The position numbers were made by a program, and so were the translations under genes. From Clostridia bacterium (GTDB lineage: Bacteria > Bacillota > Clostridia > Oscillospirales > CAG-272), in the NCBI GenBank assembly GCA_017938885.1, contig JAGBAS010000022.1, positions 62,144-126,143 on the forward strand: a DNA stretch of 64,000 nt, written 5' to 3'. This document shows, piece by piece, positions 55,017 through 62,123 of this stretch (its first letter is position 1; each line of letters opens with the position of its first letter). The notes beneath the pieces were generated by a model. The model was not told the DNA's origin. It was given only the letters and a program-made list of their open reading frames with translations, and searched no databases.

Positions 55017-56048
55017 TTACTCCTTGCTTCTTTGAATTTTTCTATTCTCTAAATAAGTTCTGAAAACACCAACTAAGCACCAAATGAAAACAAACGCAGA
55101 CACAACAATCCATATAATCGTAGTTACCTTATCCTCTGTGGGAAGTATGCGTGGAGTTCCCAACAGCCATAACGTAACAAACTCCGATGCTATTATTCCT
55201 AACAACCACCCCGTCAGTTTTACAAACATAAATCGCCTTGTCATAATTCTACCCAGCAAATGCGAATACACAGAAAGAATGATGATAGAGAGAGGCATTA
55301 AAAATAACTCTATGCCATCAATGGCATATTTTGTTGCAAGCGTAGGTGCTAATAGATAAGTCATAAAAGCATTGATGCACAGAGCGATTGTACTTCCTAC
55401 TGCAACCATAATATTACAGTGAATATTGTTGCGATAGAATCGCTCAACCAAGGTATGACCGAGAACAAACAAGCCACAAAGAATAGCCCAAATCAAACGG
55501 AAAATAATATGCGGAATTGCTAATCGTCCTTTTAGAATTAAATATTCCAACACAAACGAATCAGCAGCTACAGTAACAAGTAAGAGTGCGATGACGAGCC
55601 ATATCGTACTTTTTTTCTGAATTTTGTTTTTCATAATACAACGCTTCAAAATACAAAAATGTAAGATGGGAATACACAAATCTCTAATAAGCCAAAGCGG
55701 CAAAATGATAATGCCGGAGTCAATCAACCACATTAAGAATGTGCATACTACAGAGAAAACAGGTGCAATGAAAAACGCCCAAAATATGCTGTTCATATTT
55801 ACTGTGATACCTCCAAATAAAAATAAGTTTTCATATCCATCGGATGATATATCTTCTACAACAGAGGGATAAAGAAGCATACTTGCGGTAATTATCAATG
55901 CAAAACAAGCCGCAAGCGACGCCCATTTCACCCAAGTGCGTTTTTTCGGTTTCTTTTTCGCTGCGAGATTTGCTTTCATATCGAAATAACGGTTAAGAAT
56001 GCCCGAATCCAGATCTGTAATAGCATCTATGAGTTTTTCTTGTGTCAT
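55017..56048 (-). CDS. polytopic membrane protein, putative anti-sigma partner of sigma-2
   Basis: 343 aa. The N-terminus (LIDAITDLDSGILNRYF, a basic stretch, first TM helix) resembles the other two partner proteins and is followed by about 8 further TM helices. 4-nt overlap with the sigma gene. Confidence 0.5.
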   Translation of the reverse strand: MTQEKLIDAITDLDSGILNRYFDMKANLAAKKKPKKRTWVKWASLAACFALIITASMLLYPSVVEDISSDGYENLFLFGGITVNMNSIFWAFFIAPVFSVVCTFLMWLIDSGIIILPLWLIRDLCIPILHFCILKRCIMKNKIQKKSTIWLVIALLLVTVAADSFVLEYLILKGRLAIPHIIFRLIWAILCGLFVLGHTLVERFYRNNIHCNIMVAVGSTIALCINAFMTYLLAPTLATKYAIDGIELFLMPLSIIILSVYSHLLGRIMTRRFMFVKLTGWLLGIIASEFVTLWLLGTPRILPTEDKVTTIIWIVVSAFVFIWCLVGVFRTYLENRKIQRSKE

Positions 56049-56635
56049 AGTAAATAACCCTCACTTTCAAGATGCTTTTTGAGTCCAATTTTGATTGCTT
56101 CGATCTCTCGCTTGACGGTAGAAACGCTACAGCCGAGTTCCTTGCTGATCGTCGAAATGGGATCGGCAATATAATATCGGCTGACGAAAATGAACATTTG
56201 TCTGTCGGGGAGAGAGCTGACGAAATTACTTATGCTTTTGGCGAGTTCTTTGGTTTCTATTTCTGCGGTCATATCGTCATCATCTGCTATGAAATCTTCA
56301 AGCTCGGAAAGCGAAACCGTGAATTCCGATGCAATGCGCTTTTGACGTTTGTTTGCTCTGAATCGGTCGATTGCCGTTCTCCGCATGATTGATCCGAGAA
56401 ACGCCTGTAATGCCACGGGTCTTGCCGGAGGGATCGCATTCCAAGTACCGATATATGTATCGTTCAGACATTCCTCGCTATCGCACATATCGTGGACAAT
56501 ATTCATCGCAACCGAAAGCAAGAATTTTTTGTATTTGATATCGGTTTCCTTGATCGCTTGCTCGTCACGTTGCCAATACAGCTCAACGATCTGCTCGTCA
56601 CTCATTGTAGCTGTCCGATTTGTTTGAAGTTCCAT
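56045..56635 (-). CDS. RNA polymerase sigma-70 family (ECF-like) factor, sigma-2
   Basis: 196 aa. AAGGAGGTG lies 6 nt before the ATG at 56635. Paralog of sigma-1 and sigma-3 (QIVELYWQRDEQAIKETD, NDTYIGTWNAIPP). Confidence 0.8.
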   Translation of the reverse strand: MELQTNRTATMSDEQIVELYWQRDEQAIKETDIKYKKFLLSVAMNIVHDMCDSEECLNDTYIGTWNAIPPARPVALQAFLGSIMRRTAIDRFRANKRQKRIASEFTVSLSELEDFIADDDDMTAEIETKELAKSISNFVSSLPDRQMFIFVSRYYIADPISTISKELGCSVSTVKREIEAIKIGLKKHLESEGYLL

Positions 56636-56738
56636 AACACACCTCCTTCATCGTTATTTAAAAGGCCCTTCATCAGTAATAGTCGATACTTTTTTCTAAA
56701 TGGCTCACGTTTTTTGAAAGTTTTTTGGATTTTTTTAT

Positions 56739-56807
56739 ATTATAACATATTTTTAAGTTGAATGTGTGAACTGATAAGAAAATAAGGGTGCCACCGAAGC
56801 GGCACCC
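56739..56807 (-). repeat. duplicated terminator-plus-promoter segment (copy X)
   Basis: About 85 percent identical to 58124-58191. Contains the hairpin GGGTGCCGC-TTCG-GTGGCACCC (56786-56807) with a T-rich tail, and an extended -10 TGTTATAAT (56739-56747, minus strand). Confidence 0.7.
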
Positions 56808-56816
56808 ATATTGATA

Positions 56817-57482
56817 CTATTGAAATCTCTTACAATTAATAACGATATCACCGAACGGCCAAATATCAGCGTTTTCGTCAACAACATCATACCTATTATA
56901 CAATTCATCATAATCGATTACGATCTCATAGGTCCCGGGATGTGTCGGTAATGTCGTTGCTTTTTCACCATTCACATAGATTGTTAACGCGTCATCAACG
57001 ATCGTATAAGAAACATTACCTTCAAAGGAAGCACACGGTGTTATCACCTTAAACAGTTCAGTTTCTTGGTTGATAACTCCGTTATTATCGGTCCATTGTT
57101 CCAAAATATTATGAGCAGAAAATACAATATAGCACGAGGAAACTTCGTTTTCCAAGACCATAGTGAATGCCAAAGTGTGTTCACTAAAGTTGTCGGTATG
57201 ATATGTTAATGCGCCATCTCCTGTTCGTAACACATCTCCAACCAAATTCAATTTGTCGGGTTTTGTAGGAATAGATTGATCGTTAGGATTTGACTGATTG
57301 CTATTCAGTATAGGCAAAAGTGTAGCCACAGCCACAATTACACACAAGCATGCCGCGATTGCCCCCCATTTAAGCCATATGCTCTTTCGCTTTCTCTTAT
57401 TTGTTTTTGTGCACTCATACACATCTTCGACCATATCAAAATCAATGTTATTCAGTGCATCAGATATGTTTTCCTTTTTCAT
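56817..57482 (-). CDS. single-pass membrane protein, putative anti-sigma partner of sigma-3
   Basis: 221 aa. N-terminus ALNNIDFDMVEDVYE, basic stretch KRKRKS, one TM helix, extracytoplasmic domain. 4-nt overlap with the sigma gene. Confidence 0.5.
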   Translation of the reverse strand: MKKENISDALNNIDFDMVEDVYECTKTNKRKRKSIWLKWGAIAACLCVIVAVATLLPILNSNQSNPNDQSIPTKPDKLNLVGDVLRTGDGALTYHTDNFSEHTLAFTMVLENEVSSCYIVFSAHNILEQWTDNNGVINQETELFKVITPCASFEGNVSYTIVDDALTIYVNGEKATTLPTHPGTYEIVIDYDELYNRYDVVDENADIWPFGDIVINCKRFQ

Positions 57483-58039
57483 AGATTAAAGCCCTCCTTT
57501 GTAAGATGTTCTTTCAGTTTGTTTCTAACACGAAAGAGGATCGATGTCACCTTGCTTTCACTCATGCCAAAAGAAGTTGCGGTATCGGTAATAGAACTCA
57601 TATACCAATATCTCTTGATAAATACTCGCCTCTGTTCGATAGGCAAGCTTCGCAAAAACCGATTGATTGCATCTGTTAAATCAATGTTGGATGCGAGATC
57701 TTCACTCCCGCTGCCATCGGGGATGCACTCCGCAAGCTCATCAAGTGCAAGAAGATACTGTCCGCCACCGCGCTTTTGTGCTTTATTCTGCTCAAGTCGA
57801 TTGAGAGAAAGCTGTCTTGTTATTCGTCCAAGAAATGCTTTTAAGGGGTTAGGTCTCTCGGGCGGGATTGAATTCCACGCTTTCAAATATGTGTCATTGA
57901 CAATTTCTTTTGCATCTTCTTCGTCTTGAAGAATCTCCTTTGCGATATAGTGAAAATATCGACCGTATTGTTTATCGGTTTCTTTAATTGCTTCTTCGGA
58001 ACGTTCCCAATACAATTCCACAATTTTTTCGTCTGTCAT
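57479..58039 (-). CDS. RNA polymerase sigma-70 family (ECF-like) factor, sigma-3
   Basis: 186 aa. Closely parallels sigma-1 (EDAKEIVNDTYLKAWNSIPPERPNPLKAFLG, ELAECIPDG). Confidence 0.8.
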   Translation of the reverse strand: MTDEKIVELYWERSEEAIKETDKQYGRYFHYIAKEILQDEEDAKEIVNDTYLKAWNSIPPERPNPLKAFLGRITRQLSLNRLEQNKAQKRGGGQYLLALDELAECIPDGSGSEDLASNIDLTDAINRFLRSLPIEQRRVFIKRYWYMSSITDTATSFGMSESKVTSILFRVRNKLKEHLTKEGFNL

Positions 58040-58123
58040 AATGATCCTCCCTTCGCGTTTATTTGAAAGCCTTTCACCCTACTATACAGGAAAACATAGC
58101 TTCACATTGCATCGTTATAAAAA

Positions 58124-58191
58124 ATTATAACATATTTTTTCGAAAAATGTGTGAACTGATATAAAAATATGGGTGCCACCGAAGCGGCACC
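58124..58191 (-). repeat. duplicated terminator-plus-promoter segment (copy Y)
   Basis: Homologous to 56739-56807. Hairpin at 58171-58191 and an extended -10 TGTTATAAT at 58124-58132 (minus strand). Confidence 0.7.
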
Positions 58192-58200
58192 GACATATAA

Positions 58201-58239
58201 AAACAACGGCAAGAATTTTTAACATTCCTGCCGTTGTTT
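58201..58239 (-). terminator. rho-independent terminator after the guaA-like gene
   Basis: 16-bp stem AAACAACGGCAAGAAT / ATTCCTGCCGTTGTTT with one mismatch. Confidence 0.65.
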
Positions 58240-58251
58240 ATGATTCTATTG

Positions 58252-58269
58252 GGTATCAAAACGGTATCA
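58252..58269. repeat. GGTATCA-N4-GGTATCA direct repeat (second locus)
   Basis: GGTATCA AAAC GGTATCA. Same 7-mer, spacing and orientation as at 54445-54462. Confidence 0.7.
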
Positions 58270-58328
58270 AAAACTCGTTCCAAGTGCTAAAATCCTTTAA
58301 TATATAAGGATTTTTCAAATCGCGTTTA

Positions 58329-59339
58329 TTATTCCCACTCAATGGTGCCCGTAGGCTTAGGAGTCAAATCAAACAGTACGCGGTTAATGCCTTCAACCTC
58401 CGCGGTAATTCTCGCGGTGATCTTATGCAGCACAGGATAAGGAATCTCCTCAATGGTCGCCGTCATAGCGTCCTTGGTGTTCACGGCGCGGATGATGGCG
58501 GGCCAGCCTTCGTAGCGGCTCTCGTCCTTCACACCCACGCTCTTGATATCGGGCACGGCGATGAAGTACTGCCAGACCTTCTCGGCCAGGCCGTTCATCG
58601 CGAACTCCTCGCGCAGGATGGCGTCGGCTTCACGCAGAGCGTGGAGACGGTCGCGGGTGATGGCACCCAGGCAACGGACACCCAGGCCGGGGCCGGGGAA
58701 GGGCTGACGGTAGACCATGGCGTGGGGCAGACCCAGAGCCTCGCCCACCACACGGACCTCGTCCTTGAACAGGAGCTTGATGGGCTCCACCAGAGCAAAC
58801 TTCAGATCCTCGGGAAGGCCGCCCACGTTGTGGTGGGACTTGACTGCCTTCTTACCCTCGGCCTGCTTGACACTCTCCAGAATGTCGGGGTAAATGGTAC
58901 CCTGGGCGAGGAACTCCACGCCCTCCAGCTTGCGGGCCTCGTCGGCGAAGACGTTGATAAACTCCGCACCGATGATCTTTCTCTTGCTCTCGGGATCGCT
59001 GACACCGGCCAGAAGATCCAGGAAGCGGTCGGTGGCGTCTACGTACACCAGGTTGCAGTCCATCTCCTTGCCGAAGACCTCGATCACCTGCTCGGACTCA
59101 CCCTTACGCATGAGACCGTGGTTGACGTGCACGCAGGTCAGCTGACGGCCGATGGCCTTGATGAGCAGGGCGGCTACCACGGAGGAGTCCACGCCGCCCG
59201 ACAGAGCCAGCAGAACCTTCTTGTCCCCCACCTGGGCGCGGACGGCGGCCACGGCCTCCTCGATGAAGGCGTTGGCCAGATCAAAATTCGTGATGCGCTC
59301 CATGGACTCGGGGCGCACGTTGGAAGTAAAGTCGATCAT
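58329..59339 (-). CDS. guaA: GMP synthase ATP-pyrophosphatase/dimerisation domains only (no glutamine amidotransferase domain)
   Basis: 336 aa. PP-loop LALSGGVDSSVVAALL and the canonical C-terminus KPTGTIEWE. The N-terminus aligns to about residue 190 of fused GuaA proteins. Only 22 nt separate it from the upstream gene. Confidence 0.8.
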   Translation of the reverse strand: MIDFTSNVRPESMERITNFDLANAFIEEAVAAVRAQVGDKKVLLALSGGVDSSVVAALLIKAIGRQLTCVHVNHGLMRKGESEQVIEVFGKEMDCNLVYVDATDRFLDLLAGVSDPESKRKIIGAEFINVFADEARKLEGVEFLAQGTIYPDILESVKQAEGKKAVKSHHNVGGLPEDLKFALVEPIKLLFKDEVRVVGEALGLPHAMVYRQPFPGPGLGVRCLGAITRDRLHALREADAILREEFAMNGLAEKVWQYFIAVPDIKSVGVKDESRYEGWPAIIRAVNTKDAMTATIEEIPYPVLHKITARITAEVEGINRVLFDLTPKPTGTIEWE

Positions 59340-59361
59340 ACGAAATTCCCCCTATATAAGA

Positions 59362-60564
59362 TCAGTTGGTATAGTTATCGAAATAGCCCTGGACCAGCAC
59401 AACGGGGGTACCCTTGTCGCCCGAGCCCGAGGTCAGGTCGCAGAGGGAGCCGATGAGGTCGGTGAGCTGGCGGGGAGTGGTGCCCTGGGCGGCCATGTTG
59501 CCCACCAGAGAGCCCTGGGATTCCTTCTCGCGGATGGACTTGGAGATCGCCTCGCGGAGAGCCTCGCCCGACAGATCCTTGTAGTCGTTGTCGGCCAGGT
59601 ACTTCAGCTTCAGCTCGTTGGGGGTACCGATCAGACCGTCGGTGAAGGCGGGAGAGACCACGGGGTCAGCCAGCTCCCAGATCTTGCCCTTGGGATCCTT
59701 GAAGGCACCGTCGCCGTAGACCATGACCTCCACGTGCTTGCCGGTGGCGGCCAGAATGCGGGCCTGGATGTCCAGCACCAGAGGCTTGCACTCCCGGGGG
59801 AAGAGCTTGACCTTGTCCTCGGTGGACTTATTGGAGCCCAGGAGACCGTACTTCTCATTGCAGCCGCTGCCGTCGATGGGAGCGTTCATGATCTCGTCCA
59901 GACCGCAAACAATCTTGGCACCGTTTGCCAGCAGGATGCGCTTGGTGCGGGCGCGGGTATGGATGTCGCAGTTGAGGACGCAGTCGGTGTAGTTCAGAAT
60001 GGTCTTGGCCTGGTTGGCGAAGATAATCTCGCACTCGGCACCGCACTCACGGACCAGGTTGCCGTAGTACTCCACGTAGTCCACGCCGGTGAACTCGTGC
60101 ATGTTCTCGCCGAACAGCTCGCGGTACTTCTCCAGGGAGAGGACGTCGGAGTAGGGATTCACCCCGGCCTCGTCGATCTTGTCCAGAGACACCAGCTCGT
60201 TGCCCACCTCGTCGGAAGGGTAGGACAGCATGAGCACCACCTTCTTACAGCCCATGGCGATACCCCGCAGGCAGATGGCGAAGCGGTTGCGGGAGAGGAT
60301 GGGGAAGATGACACCCACCGTACCGCCGCCCAGCTTGGCGCGGACGTCGTCGGCGATGTTCTGCACCGAGCAGTAGTTGCCCTGGGCGCGGGCCACGATG
60401 GACTCGGTCATGGAGATGACGTCGCGGTCGCGGAGCTCAAAGCCCTCTGACTTGGCGGCCTCCAGCACGCTCTCGGTGACGATGGCGGCCAGATCGTCGC
60501 CCTCGCGGATGATGGGGCAGCGAATGCCCCGGGAAACGGTACCGACTCTTCTTGTCTGTTCCAT
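59362..60564 (-). CDS. CofE-like (F420-0:gamma-glutamyl ligase family, COG1478-type) protein
   Basis: 400 aa. The N-terminus GIRCPIIREGDDLAAIVTESVLEA and the overall size recall the gamma-glutamyl ligase family. Assignment is from memory of the family pattern only. Confidence 0.5.
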   Translation of the reverse strand: MEQTRRVGTVSRGIRCPIIREGDDLAAIVTESVLEAAKSEGFELRDRDVISMTESIVARAQGNYCSVQNIADDVRAKLGGGTVGVIFPILSRNRFAICLRGIAMGCKKVVLMLSYPSDEVGNELVSLDKIDEAGVNPYSDVLSLEKYRELFGENMHEFTGVDYVEYYGNLVRECGAECEIIFANQAKTILNYTDCVLNCDIHTRARTKRILLANGAKIVCGLDEIMNAPIDGSGCNEKYGLLGSNKSTEDKVKLFPRECKPLVLDIQARILAATGKHVEVMVYGDGAFKDPKGKIWELADPVVSPAFTDGLIGTPNELKLKYLADNDYKDLSGEALREAISKSIREKESQGSLVGNMAAQGTTPRQLTDLIGSLCDLTSGSGDKGTPVVLVQGYFDNYTN

Positions 60565-60624
60565 AATGTTTATCTCCTAAAAAATAATTTACAAGTTTGT
60601 TTGGGGGAAGTATTCTTGTCAACG

Positions 60625-61452
60625 TCATTCACCCCTGTACAGCTCGGCATATTGCAGTAACTTGTCGTAATTCTCTCCTGCATGGATCACCCCATGCCCG
60701 ACGGCACCAATGATGTCCTCTAACGTAATGATGTTGTGGATGCGGACGCTGTAATCCTTTTCAATCTCATGCTTGGCTGAAAGGGAAGAATGATCGGTCT
60801 TTTCCATCCTGTCTACGTAGATGACGATATGGGAGGGATACCGCCCGATCTCGGATTTCATCCGATCCAGTACCCGACGCATGGTTGCGCCCGAGGAAAG
60901 AGTATCGGTGATGAGGGTGATGTCCCGCGAGAGCAGTGCGTCCTTTTCGGCGATATAGTTCATGCAGTAGTGGGAATCAACGCCATACTTGCTGAACAGG
61001 GTCATACTCGTGGCAATCAAGAGAGGAATCTCCCGCTCGTTGACTCCCACAAGACAGTTGGACTCGATCCCATGCTCGCGGATGCACTCTGCGTAGAACT
61101 CACCGAGGCGGGAGATCTGACTGCCCATGCGGTGGTAGCCGCTGTGAATGTAGTAGGGTGAGATCCGACCGTTGCTCAAGGTGCGGTCCTCGAATCGGAG
61201 CATACCGTTATCAACCATAAAGCGAATAAACCGTTCTTTATAGGTGAGTGCGTCCAAACGGTAGCTGAAGAGATCGTCCATTGTGATGCCGAAATAGCGG
61301 GCAATCACGGGAAGTACCGAAATATCGGGGACAGAGATATGGTTTTCCCATTTGCTCACGGATTGAGCCGAGACCGACAGAACCTCTGCCAGTTGAGTCT
61401 GGGTGATATTCTTATTCTTGCGCAGAGACCGTATCTTATCACCAATTAACAT
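60625..61452 (-). CDS. XRE-family HTH domain fused to a phosphoribosyltransferase (OPRT-like) domain, putative regulator
   Basis: Start set at ATG 61452, 8 nt after AAGGAGG. HTH is IRSLRKNKNITQTQLAEVLSVSAQSVSKWEN. PRT-type PRPP loop is ITLITDTLSSGATMR. Confidence 0.7.
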   Translation of the reverse strand: MLIGDKIRSLRKNKNITQTQLAEVLSVSAQSVSKWENHISVPDISVLPVIARYFGITMDDLFSYRLDALTYKERFIRFMVDNGMLRFEDRTLSNGRISPYYIHSGYHRMGSQISRLGEFYAECIREHGIESNCLVGVNEREIPLLIATSMTLFSKYGVDSHYCMNYIAEKDALLSRDITLITDTLSSGATMRRVLDRMKSEIGRYPSHIVIYVDRMEKTDHSSLSAKHEIEKDYSVRIHNIITLEDIIGAVGHGVIHAGENYDKLLQYAELYRGE

Positions 61453-61483
61453 AGACGGCACCTCCTTGCTCGCTTACCTATGT

Positions 61484-61511
61484 ATTATACCACATACAGA
61501 GCCAAATACAA
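61484..61511 (-). promoter_or_regulatory. sigma-A type promoter (HTH-PRT operon)
   Basis: Minus strand reads TTGTAT, 16 nt, (TGG)TATAAT. Confidence 0.55.
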
Positions 61512-61608
61512 GATAGTCGTTGGATAATTTTATACAACCAACAGGCGAATTTCCGGATAGGCTCCCATTCTGCGCGGAGGCAGAAGCGTCTGCAAAGCAT
61601 TCCAATTT

Positions 61609-61637
61609 ATTATAGCAATTTTTTTATATTTTTTCAA
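61609..61637 (-). promoter_or_regulatory. second upstream sigma-A type promoter
   Basis: Minus strand reads AAACCTCTTGAAA, 17 nt, TATAAT. Confidence 0.5.
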
Positions 61638-61736
61638 GAGGTTTAGCCGGAAAACTTTTAAATTGACGACAAAAATTTCAACAGTCTCTTTTCTGTACTT
61701 TATATGAAATTGCAAAAAGAAAATTCACAAAAAGTC

Positions 61737-61765
61737 TTGACAAAAGGGGATCGCTGTGATATAAT
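61737..61765 (+). promoter_or_regulatory. consensus sigma-A promoter of tRNA-Lys
   Basis: TTGACA, 17 nt, (TGA)TATAAT. The tRNA starts about 20 nt downstream. Confidence 0.8.
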
Positions 61766-61785
61766 AATCAAGTGTTATAAAATAT

Positions 61786-61861
61786 GACCCATTAGCTCAG
61801 TCGGTAGAGCATCTGACTTTTAATCAGGGGGTCCGGGATTCGAGTTCCCGATGGGTCACCA
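61786..61861 (+). tRNA. tRNA-Lys (anticodon UUU), CCA encoded
   Basis: Cloverleaf folded by hand: acceptor GACCCAT/ATGGGTC, D arm GCTC-AGTCGGTA-GAGC, anticodon arm TCTGA-CTTTTAA-TCAGG, T arm CCGGG-ATTCGAG-TTCCCG region, 3-prime ACCA. Confidence 0.9.
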
Positions 61862-61862
61862 T

Positions 61863-61908
61863 AACCAACCTAAATCGAATGATTCGGTTTAGGTTGGTTT
61901 TCTTTTTG
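61863..61908 (+). terminator. rho-independent terminator after tRNA-Lys
   Basis: 17-bp stem AACCAACCTAAATCGAA / TTCGGTTTAGGTTGGTT with one G-U pair, followed by TTCTTTTTG. Confidence 0.85.
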
Positions 61909-62052
61909 TCTTCATGCGTTTTCGGTTAATGATCGTACTCCTTAGGTGCAAGGATGATCCCCCCGGGGGAGTCGGGGATATTCTCCGTCGCTGAAAAAAT
62001 ATTTCAGGATCCCATCCTCGAGCCTGTTTTGCCTCCGTACGCCCGAATGAAT

Positions 62053-62083
62053 CCCAAAAACGAGGACGCACACCGGTGCGCCC
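62053..62083 (-). terminator. rho-independent terminator of the partial gene
   Basis: GGGCGCAC-CGGT-GTGCGTCC followed by TCGTTTTTGGG on the minus strand. Confidence 0.65.
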
Positions 62084-62123
62084 TTGCTTTTATAAAGGTG
62101 ATATCATACTGAACCAAAGGAAA

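Noticed and set aside
54330-58328. Calling the low-GC island a mobile genetic element.
   Set aside because: No transposase, integrase, conjugation or phage gene is present, and there are no long terminal inverted repeats. It is reported as a compositional island only.
61786-62123. tRNA-Lys as an integration hotspot with an adjacent island.
   Set aside because: No direct repeat of the tRNA 3-prime end was found downstream, and no integrase is present. The downstream region holds only terminators and a GC-rich palindromic patch.
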